This document shows, piece after piece, positions 54,593 through 62,748 of a DNA stretch of 64,000 bases. The notes under the pieces were generated by a model. The model searched no databases. It was given only the letters and a program-made list of their open reading frames with translations, and was not told the DNA's origin. The position numbers and the translations under genes are program-made. Each line of letters begins with the position of its first letter. The stretch's first letter is position 1. The DNA comes from Chloroflexota bacterium (lineage in GTDB: Bacteria > Chloroflexota > Dehalococcoidia > FW602-bin16), in contig SCTZ01000085.1 in assembly GCA_004297765.1 (NCBI GenBank), positions 10,240 to 74,239 of the forward strand. The letters are read 5' to 3'.

Positions 54593-56546
54593 TTGTTATG
54601 ATCGCTCTCTGTTCTAAGTCCTCGGCGACGTAACCTAGACCCAATTCATGCAAGGACTCTTTCGTCGGAATACCCTGATTATCCCACCCCTTGAATGTGT
54701 AATACGCGTCCAAGAGCTTCTCTTCCAACTCGGGAAATCTTCTCTTCCAATGGTCCTCTGGTGGCTTGTCGTCAACTCTCCTCAGGCCTCTTCTTACGTT
54801 GAAGGCTCTTATCAGACTTCGGTTCCTCCTATATACCTGCGCGAGTTTGGCTTCATCCATATTGATCCCGGTCGCGGCTGAGATAAAGTCCGGGTAATTG
54901 TGTATGTGATATGGGGGCTTCAGGGGAAACGAAGACAAACCTGCGCACATCCCGACTGCATCATCGATGTAGTGCATCTTCTCTTGCCAGTCAACGATAT
55001 CAACGGACATGTCAACAGTTGGGTAATAGGGATTTGAGCGTTCTCCACGCGGTTCCCAGTCCAGAAAGTATTGCCTGAACCTTTCATCAGGAACCTGGAT
55101 CCAATCTTCGACAAAGCCTTCCCTCTCCTTGAGCGTGGGAAAAGGCTCCTGGGGGAACTGCCCTTCAATTTGGGTGATGTTTGCCTTCTCGCCGGTGGCG
55201 TACATCAAGAAATAAACGGGATTCAGCATTCCAAGCTTGAGAGGCAGCTGCTCATGTTTCTTGATGTTATTGTGTGCATATGCTTCTGCGCCGTTACCGA
55301 TGTGTTGGGCCGCCCAATACGTGCCATCGGCCAACACATCTCCGATCCCTTCTCGCCGAACAATTCTATCAAGTAGCCAGTAGAATCTCCCTTCTGTATC
55401 GGACGGCATTCCTGGCATATCCTGGTCAGTCAAAATGCCCGCTTCATAAAGCTCGAGGGCAAAGGCCATAGTCTGCGGGGTTGAGAATCCGTCCACGCCA
55501 TACTCTGTAGCGCGTTGAGCGATTCTAAAACCAAAATCCAGGTCTGAAAAGGCTGCCATGGTATAAGTGAGTTTCGAGTAGCATTTCATCATGTAAGTAG
55601 AAATGCCCGGGACTGTAATTGTTGCCCCACATTTCATCGGACAGTTGTAGCAACTTATCAACCGCTTTCGCACAGTCTCCTGGGTCTCTCGCCATTTCTC
55701 TTCGACGTCCGCAGTCCAAAAGTCCCTTTTCCGAACGCGGGAGTTTCCCCACATAAAACTGGTGGTATGCCACTTCTCATCGACGATTTTCATCTCTTGT
55801 GGTGATCCAAGTCCAGCCAAGATGGGCATCACCCCAGGAACAGGCTTATCTGCTCGGTATTGAATATAATCCAGCACCTGGTTGCACAACTCGATAAACT
55901 CAGCCGGTCGGGCAATATTGAGGTCCTTTGTTCCCCGAACGGCTATCGCCTTTATCCCTTTGTCTCCCATAACAGCGCCTATTCCGAGTCGGCTAGCACT
56001 GGATCTGCCATGCTCGATGGAAGCCATAAAGACTCTATTTTCGCCGGCCAGGCCGATAGCAGCCACCTGAGCTCTCGGTTCATTCAACTCTTGTCGAATG
56101 AGTTCCACAGTTTCGACAGCGCCTTTACCCCGCAAGTGAGAGGCATCACGTATTTCGACTTTGTCGTCGTGTATCCACAAGTAAACGAGATCAGGGGACT
56201 TGCCGCGAAAGATCACTTTGTCGTAACCGGCATACTTCAATTCTGGAGCCCAAAATCCCCCCATCATTGAGTATCCCATGAACAAAGTCTGAGGAGAAAT
56301 GGTAGAAACGATGGTACGATTAGCACCAATAGCGGGTGTGCCACATAAGAGGCCGGTGCCAAATACGAGGAGATTATCAGGAGAAAAGGGTCCAGTTTCA
56401 GGGGGGACCCTATCCCACAATATCTTGACGTTAGTGCCTAGCCCCCCTAGATGAAGCTCTGTTAATTTTGGATCAGTCTCAACCCTCTCAATGTTCCCCC
56501 GAGTTAGATCGATTTCTAGATTATACCCTGTCTCTGCGTACCTCAT
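54579..56546 (-). CDS. bamB: aldehyde:ferredoxin-oxidoreductase-family tungsto/molybdopterin enzyme (BamB-like active-site subunit of class II benzoyl-CoA reductase)
   Basis: 655 aa from MRYAETGYNLEIDLTRGNIERVETDPKLTELHLGGLGTNVKILWDRVPP...GFWAPELKYAGYDKVIFRGKS. AOR N-terminal and domains 2/3 run throughout. The N-terminus closely resembles my recollection of Geobacter BamB. Operon order is B-C-D-E-F. Confidence 0.82.
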   Translation of the reverse strand: MRYAETGYNLEIDLTRGNIERVETDPKLTELHLGGLGTNVKILWDRVPPETGPFSPDNLLVFGTGLLCGTPAIGANRTIVSTISPQTLFMGYSMMGGFWAPELKYAGYDKVIFRGKSPDLVYLWIHDDKVEIRDASHLRGKGAVETVELIRQELNEPRAQVAAIGLAGENRVFMASIEHGRSSASRLGIGAVMGDKGIKAIAVRGTKDLNIARPAEFIELCNQVLDYIQYRADKPVPGVMPILAGLGSPQEMKIVDEKWHTTSFMWGNSRVRKRDFWTADVEEKWRETQETVRKRLISCYNCPMKCGATITVPGISTYMMKCYSKLTYTMAAFSDLDFGFRIAQRATEYGVDGFSTPQTMAFALELYEAGILTDQDMPGMPSDTEGRFYWLLDRIVRREGIGDVLADGTYWAAQHIGNGAEAYAHNNIKKHEQLPLKLGMLNPVYFLMYATGEKANITQIEGQFPQEPFPTLKEREGFVEDWIQVPDERFRQYFLDWEPRGERSNPYYPTVDMSVDIVDWQEKMHYIDDAVGMCAGLSSFPLKPPYHIHNYPDFISAATGINMDEAKLAQVYRRNRSLIRAFNVRRGLRRVDDKPPEDHWKRRFPELEEKLLDAYYTFKGWDNQGIPTKESLHELGLGYVAEDLEQRAIITNEQN

Positions 56547-56724
56547 TTCAAGCCCCCTCTCGTCACTATCGGCTGACGATCTTGAACCGGTTCGCCTAGT
56601 TCGTTGCGGCTCGTCATTCCTCCACGGCTCTGGCTCAACTCTACTGAGGAGGTGTTGATGGTCCACGTGACTTACCGGTGCGTTCACCAAGTCCATAGCG
56701 CTTTCGCAGTGGCGGACCGCCGTG

Positions 56725-58460
56725 CATTGGTTACAAGGTTAACGTAGATTACGTGCGAATGGCAGCCATATCGTCGTTGGATTGGCATCCAACATGGTGG
56801 GCGTCCTGGCCGGTAAGCTGAAGTGAGCCCCCCGGCTCCACTAAGCTACAGAAAGGACGCCCGAGATGATTGTAACTCGTCAGGACCAGACAGTGGTCGA
56901 GACCGAGCACGCGCTGCTCATCGCGTGTGGACGGTTTGCCGAGCAGGTTGGATTGCTTGCAGCGCTGGAGCAGGTGCCCTTCAAGATGAAGACCATTGAC
57001 CGTAGCCCCGAGGAGAAGACCGCCGAGCTTCTCGCCCACATCCTCGCTGGCGGCATGCATGTCAACGAGTTGGCCAAGAGTGCCCACCCGCTGGTGAAGG
57101 ATCAGGCGGTGGCCGAAGCGTGGGGGCAGAAGACCTTCGCCTCGGTCTCGGGCGTCTCCGACCTCTTGCGCTCGGTCTCGCAAGATACTGTCGAGGCTCT
57201 CACGGCGCAACTGCGCCAGGTGCTCGCGCCCCATCGCCGACGCATTCTGCGCGACCTGAGCCCGTCCTTCCTGGTCGTGGACCTTGACCTCACGGGCCTG
57301 GTGGTCAGCGATCAGGCCACGACGTACGAGGGCGCCGACTTTGGCTACATGGGCGAACTCGACGGAGTCGGCCGCGGCTACCAGTTCGCCCGTGCCCAAC
57401 TGGTCGGTCAGACGGATGCTTTTGTCCTCGGAGGCTTCCTCCACCCAGGACGCACGGTCGAGACCCATTGTCTGCGCGAACTGGTGGCGCTCATCGAGAC
57501 CGAGGTGGGGAGACCACGCCGGCGGGTCGAGTTGGTCGAGAGCCGTCTGATCGACCTCGAGCAAAAGTTGGCCGAGGTCGAGACCGCATTGACCAGGCGC
57601 GAGGCTGGCGGCGCGTTCTTGCGGCGACGCGTGCGGCGCCTGGAACGCGAGCGTGAGCGGCTTCAGACGCAGTTGGAGTGCCTGCGAACCCGGCGGGATG
57701 AGCTGACGGCCGAGAATGACGCCAACCCGAATCCCCGTCGGATCATCTTGCGCCTGGACGGGGGCTTTGGAGATGCGGCCAAGCTCGCCTGGCTCTACGA
57801 GCAGGGCTACGACTTCGTCGTCCGGGCCCACAACCATCGGGTGTCCGAGCGTCTGCGCTGTGAGGTCGGCTTGAGTTGGCAGAAGGTGAGCAAGAACGGC
57901 TTCATGGCCGAGAGTCAGCAGACCAGCCTCGGCGATTGTCCCTACCCAATGCGGTTGTTCCTCTGTAAGCAATGGTGGGGCGACAAAAGACCAGAACGTT
58001 GGTCGGCCTTGATCGTGACGCCGACTCTGAAGTCCGCACAGTGGCCGACCCGACGGGTCGGCGTCTTCTATGACGGGCGCCAGGTCATTGAGGCAGGCAT
58101 CAAAGAGGGGAAGGGGATCTTTGCCAGCCGTCACCTGCCCACGCGTCACCACGCGGGCATCGCCTTCTACGAGGAGTTGGTACTCCTGGCTCAGAACCTG
58201 GTTCGCTGGTTTCGTCGGCAGTTCCTGGGTAACACGGTCCTGGCCGCTGCCAGCGTCAAAGAACTCGTCCGCATCGGCGCCAACAGCCGAGCGCAGGTGC
58301 TGCACCGCGGCGAGGCGCTCTCGCTGACTTTCGCCGTGGATAGCCCATGGCACGGTATCACTCTGTCGCTCAAGACCCAGTTTAGCTACCAACTTTGGCT
58401 CCCGATGCTTGACGATCTCGTCTCTATTCGCACGTAATCTGCGCTAACTTGTAACCAATG
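56725..58460 (+). mobile_element. intact insertion sequence (1736 bp) with ~36-bp terminal inverted repeats and 9-bp target-site duplication
   Basis: IRL cattggttacaaggttaacgtagattacgtgcgaat (56725-56760). The reverse complement of IRR (58426-58460) is cattggttacaagttagcgcagattacgtgcgaat. The flanking direct repeat ACCGCCGTG lies at 56716-56724 and 58461-58469. Confidence 0.88.
56866..58437 (+). CDS. DDE transposase (IS4-superfamily-like; family not certain)
   Basis: The 523-aa ORF fills the IS and its stop lies inside IRR. LVVDLDLTG and ILRLDGGFG are DDE-like contexts. A 9-bp TSD is compatible with the IS4 family. Confidence 0.8.
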   Translation: MIVTRQDQTVVETEHALLIACGRFAEQVGLLAALEQVPFKMKTIDRSPEEKTAELLAHILAGGMHVNELAKSAHPLVKDQAVAEAWGQKTFASVSGVSDLLRSVSQDTVEALTAQLRQVLAPHRRRILRDLSPSFLVVDLDLTGLVVSDQATTYEGADFGYMGELDGVGRGYQFARAQLVGQTDAFVLGGFLHPGRTVETHCLRELVALIETEVGRPRRRVELVESRLIDLEQKLAEVETALTRREAGGAFLRRRVRRLERERERLQTQLECLRTRRDELTAENDANPNPRRIILRLDGGFGDAAKLAWLYEQGYDFVVRAHNHRVSERLRCEVGLSWQKVSKNGFMAESQQTSLGDCPYPMRLFLCKQWWGDKRPERWSALIVTPTLKSAQWPTRRVGVFYDGRQVIEAGIKEGKGIFASRHLPTRHHAGIAFYEELVLLAQNLVRWFRRQFLGNTVLAAASVKELVRIGANSRAQVLHRGEALSLTFAVDSPWHGITLSLKTQFSYQLWLPMLDDLVSIRT

Positions 58461-58470
58461 ACCGCCGTGT

Positions 58471-58526
58471 CTGCCAGGGGTGGGGCGGCGGGGTGGGGAG
58501 GGGGCCCCCCGCCCCACCCCTGGCAG
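58471..58526. repeat. perfect 18-bp-arm GC-rich hairpin / G-tract element next to the IS
   Basis: ctgccaggggtggggcgg ... ccgccccacccctggcag. The + strand carries five G4-5 runs (GGGG T GGGG CGGC GGGG T GGGG A GGGGG). Confidence 0.75.
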
Positions 58527-58698
58527 ATAGTCCCCGAAGACTACTCGCCGTGGCGAGAGCCGTCCGCCGCTACGAATGTCCATTTGAGTCGGTGGACGAA
58601 CCAGCTATTCGTTATGCTCAAAATGGGACTCGGCTTTGCACGCGATAGACGCTCGCTCATTCTATCGTCTCTGGTCGCGGCAGTTCGGAAAACGCCAT

Positions 58699-58918
58699 AC
58701 CGCCGGTTCTGTCTAACCGTGATCTATGTCAGTCCCCGGCTCTGGCGTAGGGGCACTGCGATAGGATGTTACCACACGATATCTGCCGTGTCAATTTCCT
58801 TGTTACCTTACCGAACGATTGACACAGCGGATATGGCGTGGTAACATCCTATGGCAGTAGACCAACGCCAGAGACGGCGCCTGACATAGCTCTCCGCAAG
58901 GCAGACGGCCTGGCGGTG
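58699..58918. repeat. ~220-bp imperfect palindrome (MITE-like or paired inverted repeats)
   Basis: Nested inverted matches: accgccgg..tctgtct / aggcagacggcctggcggt; ctatgtcag / ctgacatag; tctggcgt / acgccaga; ggatgttaccacacgatatctgccgtgtcaat / attgacacagcggatatggcgtggtaacatcc. Confidence 0.65.
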
Positions 58919-59092
58919 TGACGTTATCCGACTGAGCGACTTGACCCAGTAGTGCCTGCAATTGCGCTCACTCCCACCGAGTGGCGAGGAGCTTGACCAG
59001 TTGTTCCAGCCAGATTCGTGGCTAGAATGCGCCAATGTGGCCACGCAACAATCACTTTGCCAGAAATAAGTGCCTAGGGAGAGAGCAAGGAA

Positions 59093-60121
59093 ATGAAAGC
59101 GGCGGTCTTCTATGGTCCAAACCAACCGCTCGAAGTGCGAGAGGTTCCCACACCTCAGCCCGGCCTCGGTCATGTACTCGTTCGTGTGGCCGCTTGCGGT
59201 GTCTGCCACACCGATTTGCACTACATCGACCATGGCGTGCCAACGTTCAAGAAGCCCCCACTTATCTTGGGGCACGAAGCCTCCGGCACAATAGCCGAGC
59301 TGGGGCCGGGCGTCGCCCGATTTAAAGAAGGCGATCGGGTGTTGCTGCCTGCCGTGTATGGTTGCGGGACATGTGCGTCCTGTCGCGGCGGCCGCGAGAA
59401 CATCTGTGAACAGATGGTGATGTTCGGCAACAACGTCGACGGCGCCTACGCGGAGTACATCGTCGCGCCGGCAAAGGATTGCCTGAGGCTGCCGGAAGAG
59501 GTTCCGCTGATCGAGGGCTGCATCATCGCCGACGCAACGACGACGCCCTATCACGCGGTGGTCAACCGAGGGCGTGTGACGCCAGGCGATGCCGTCGTCG
59601 TTTTTGGATGCGGTGGAGTTGGACTGAATATTGTGCAGATCGCCTCGGCGCTGGGGGCCTCGGTCGTGGCGGTCGATTTGGACGACGCCAAACTAGGCTT
59701 AGCTCGGCAGCTAGGGGCGCTGGGGGTGGTGAATCCCCGATCTATCGAGCGAGTGGATCGAGAGGTGCGAAAGCTTACCGGCGGTGGCGCCGACATTGCC
59801 TTTGAGGTCATCGGCAACCCAGCGACGATGGAGCAGGCCTTTTCCTGCGTCAAGACCGGTGGTCGCATGGTGATCGTGGGCTACGCCGACAAGCCGATGG
59901 CGCTGGACGTCCGGAGGGTCATGTATCGAGAGATGGAGGTCGTCGGATCGCTCGGCTGCCGCGCTCTGGACTATCCACGGGTCATCGAGCTGGCGCGCCA
60001 GGGCAAGATCAAGGTCAAAGAGCTGGTAACCGGGCAGTTCGGACTCGACGACATCAATGCCGCGCTGGATGTGCTGCGTCGCGGCGAGGGCGTCCGCTCA
60101 GTGATCGTTCCGAACGCCTAG
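59093..60121 (+). CDS. Zn-dependent alcohol dehydrogenase family; candidate 6-hydroxycyclohex-1-ene-1-carbonyl-CoA dehydrogenase (Had/BamQ)
   Basis: MDR/Zn-ADH motifs ([39 protein letters not shown]). The Had call is based on context only; Had enzymes belong to this family. Confidence 0.82.
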   Translation: MKAAVFYGPNQPLEVREVPTPQPGLGHVLVRVAACGVCHTDLHYIDHGVPTFKKPPLILGHEASGTIAELGPGVARFKEGDRVLLPAVYGCGTCASCRGGRENICEQMVMFGNNVDGAYAEYIVAPAKDCLRLPEEVPLIEGCIIADATTTPYHAVVNRGRVTPGDAVVVFGCGGVGLNIVQIASALGASVVAVDLDDAKLGLARQLGALGVVNPRSIERVDREVRKLTGGGADIAFEVIGNPATMEQAFSCVKTGGRMVIVGYADKPMALDVRRVMYREMEVVGSLGCRALDYPRVIELARQGKIKVKELVTGQFGLDDINAALDVLRRGEGVRSVIVPNA

Positions 60122-60325
60122 CGCTCTATGACCTGCGAATCGATACGCGGCCGTCCCAACCAGGCCTACGAATCAACATGACTCAGGCATTCCTGCTGCC
60201 CACCCCCTCTCCTCAGGGTTTGGGCCATGTAGATCTTGCGGCCGCCAGAGGCGACCGCAAAATCCAGAAACCGGAGTGAGGTGGGGAACCTCGATTGAAC
60301 GAAGAAGTCACAGGGAGGAAGAGAC

Positions 60326-61495
60326 ATGCGCAGAGTAGCGATTGTCGCGGGGGGACTTGCAAAGTTTGGCGTTCGCCAGGCCAGCTACCGCGACCTCATT
60401 TCTGAGGCGGGGAAAGCGTGCTTCGACAACGCCGAGAATGTGTCCCCCAAGGATATTGAGGGCTATATTCACTCTTCGACCATGCCCGAGCGGTTCGCCT
60501 TCCAAACCCATGTTGCGCCTATGGGCGCCGAGACCCTCGGCATCAAGCCGAGCAAGATGATCCAACGTGTGGAGAACCTGTGCGCGAGTGGGTCCTGCGC
60601 GATTCGCACGGCCTACATGGCCATCGCTTCCGGAGTTCTCGACGTAGCCATGGTTCTGGGCGTCGAGAAGATGAACATGCCAGACCCGATCGAGGGCTTC
60701 CTCCATATGGCCGCCGCGCCCGATCGCGAGTGGGACTCGACCCAAGGACTGAGCGCCCCCGGGTTTTTCGCACTTGTGGCCAAGAAACACATGCGCGAGT
60801 ACGGGACCACGGAGGAGCAACTGGCTATGGTCTCCGTGAAGAACCACGATAACTCGACACGAAATCCCCTCGCTCAGTTCACCAAGCCGGTGACGCTGGA
60901 GCAAGTGCTCGGCGGACGCCCGATCGCGACCCCGCTAAAGCTGCTGGATTGCTCGGCCATGACGGATGGCGCGGCCGCTATCATCCTGGCCTCAGAGGAA
61001 CGGGCGCGGGAAATGACCAACAAGCCAGTGTACATTCGGGGCACCGGACAGGCGGCAGGTGGCAACAACCTAGCCAACGTGCTAGGGTGGACGACATGGC
61101 CTGCGCTCAAGACGGCGGCGGAGTCCGCCTACAAAATGGCCGGGATCACCTCCGCCGATGTCGACGTGGCCGAGATACACGACTGCTTCAGCATCTCAGA
61201 GATCATAGAGTACGAGGATCTGGGCTTCTGCGAGAAGGGCGAGGGCGGATCCTTCATCGCCGCCGGAAAGTCCGGCTATGGCGGAGAGGTTGTGGTGAAC
61301 TCCAGCGGAGGACTTCTCGGACGCGGGCACCCCTTTGGTGCCACAGGGATCGCCCAGGCGCTAGAGATCTTTGCCCAGTTGCGCGACGAGGCCGGTGACC
61401 GGCAGGTGCCAGGGGCCAAGATTGGCCTTACGCACAATCTGAGTGGCATGTCCACGGAGCATACAATCCTGATCTACGGGAGAGACCAGAAGTGA
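60326..61495 (+). CDS. thiolase-like protein (SCP-x / archaeal-type, DUF35-partnered)
   Basis: 389-aa thiolase fold with nucleophile context ENLCASGSCAIRTAYMAI and C-terminal GGLLGRGHPFGATG. The next gene is its usual DUF35 partner. Confidence 0.85.
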   Translation: MRRVAIVAGGLAKFGVRQASYRDLISEAGKACFDNAENVSPKDIEGYIHSSTMPERFAFQTHVAPMGAETLGIKPSKMIQRVENLCASGSCAIRTAYMAIASGVLDVAMVLGVEKMNMPDPIEGFLHMAAAPDREWDSTQGLSAPGFFALVAKKHMREYGTTEEQLAMVSVKNHDNSTRNPLAQFTKPVTLEQVLGGRPIATPLKLLDCSAMTDGAAAIILASEERAREMTNKPVYIRGTGQAAGGNNLANVLGWTTWPALKTAAESAYKMAGITSADVDVAEIHDCFSISEIIEYEDLGFCEKGEGGSFIAAGKSGYGGEVVVNSSGGLLGRGHPFGATGIAQALEIFAQLRDEAGDRQVPGAKIGLTHNLSGMSTEHTILIYGRDQK

Positions 61496-61932
61496 CAGAG
61501 AACGCAAGCGAAGTGTACTACAGCACGCTGGATCTCTTTCCGCAGCAGACGGTGGAGCACAACAAGCTGTACAAGTTCTTCGACAATCTGCGAGGGGGGA
61601 TGCTGACCACAAGCCAATGCGAAGAGTGCGGCACCGTCCCCTGGCCCCCGCGCACGGTGTGCCCATCCTGTTTCTCGGACAAGCTTCGGTGGATAGAGCT
61701 TCCCAGCAGAGGCAAAGTCGATGTCTTCACGGTGCAATGGGCTGGTCACCCGCCCGTCCTAGACACTCCGCTAATCCTGGCCATGGTCTCTCTGCCTGGC
61801 GCTCCCGCGATCGTCGCGCGCATCGTGGATACTGCACCGGACGAGATGGAGGACGGCTGTGAAGTGGAGTTGGTCGTCCTGCCCGTGGAGCGTGATCGCG
61901 TGACCTACGCCTTCCGCAAGGTTACACAATGA
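61492..61932 (+). CDS. DUF35 OB-fold/Zn-ribbon acyl-CoA-associated protein
   Basis: Rubredoxin-like CEECGTVPWPPRTVCPSCFS followed by an OB-fold. It overlaps both neighbours by 4 nt. Confidence 0.85.
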   Translation: MTENASEVYYSTLDLFPQQTVEHNKLYKFFDNLRGGMLTTSQCEECGTVPWPPRTVCPSCFSDKLRWIELPSRGKVDVFTVQWAGHPPVLDTPLILAMVSLPGAPAIVARIVDTAPDEMEDGCEVELVVLPVERDRVTYAFRKVTQ

Positions 61933-62732
61933 GTTTTGAAAACATTCTGTACGCCAAGCAAGATCACGTCGCCATCATCACCCTGAACCGCGCCGATAAT
62001 CTCAATGCGTTCCACGATGGCATGCTGGGTGAGTGGTCCGCGGCAATCGAAGATGCAAAAAGGGACGGCGACATCCGCGTGGTGATAATCACCGGGGCCG
62101 GACGTGGCTTCTGTTCTGGAATGGATGTGAAGTCTGCCTTGAAGGACGGCTCCACGGGAGGAATGACGCCCATTGCCCAGCGGCGAACCCCTCTACGCTA
62201 TTCAGTGCACCAGGTACCATTGGCCCTCCGCAACTTGGAGAAGCCCTACATCGCGGCGATCAACGGTGCGGCCGTGGGCGCGGGGATGGATATGGCCAGC
62301 ATGGCTGATATCCGGATTGCCTCCGCGCAGGCTCGCTTCGGGATGACGTACGTGAAGATGGGACTCGCGCCGGGCGATGGCGGCTGCTACTATTTGCCCC
62401 GCATCGTGGGCATGCAGCGGGCGCTGGAACTGATCTGGACCGGGCGCATCTTCGATGCAGAAGAGGCGCTGGCGATCGGCTACGTTCTGAAGGTGGTGCC
62501 GCACGAGCGGCTGATGGATGCGACGCTCGAACTGTCGGCTCAGATCGCCGAGAACGCACCGATCGGTGTGCAGCTAGCCAAGAAGCTGGCCTACCAGGCG
62601 GAGCTACTGGACGTGACGCGCGCGCTGGATCTCTCGGAGACTGCGCTCAGCATTTGCCGCAGCACGGAGGACTCCCTGGAAGGACCTATGGCCTTCGTGG
62701 AGAAGAGGAAGCCGCAGTTCAAAGGTCGGTAG
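61929..62732 (+). CDS. enoyl-CoA hydratase/isomerase
   Basis: VAIITLNRADNLNAF, ITGAGRGFCSGMD, AAINGAAVGAGMDMA: a crotonase signature. Confidence 0.9.
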   Translation: MSFENILYAKQDHVAIITLNRADNLNAFHDGMLGEWSAAIEDAKRDGDIRVVIITGAGRGFCSGMDVKSALKDGSTGGMTPIAQRRTPLRYSVHQVPLALRNLEKPYIAAINGAAVGAGMDMASMADIRIASAQARFGMTYVKMGLAPGDGGCYYLPRIVGMQRALELIWTGRIFDAEEALAIGYVLKVVPHERLMDATLELSAQIAENAPIGVQLAKKLAYQAELLDVTRALDLSETALSICRSTEDSLEGPMAFVEKRKPQFKGR

Positions 62733-62748
62733 AGTTGCACAGCTCTAC

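Noticed and set aside
56749-58392. 547-aa minus-strand ORF inside the IS
   Set aside because: It is antisense to the transposase. The plus-strand ORF ends inside the right inverted repeat, as expected for an IS, and has DDE-like contexts.
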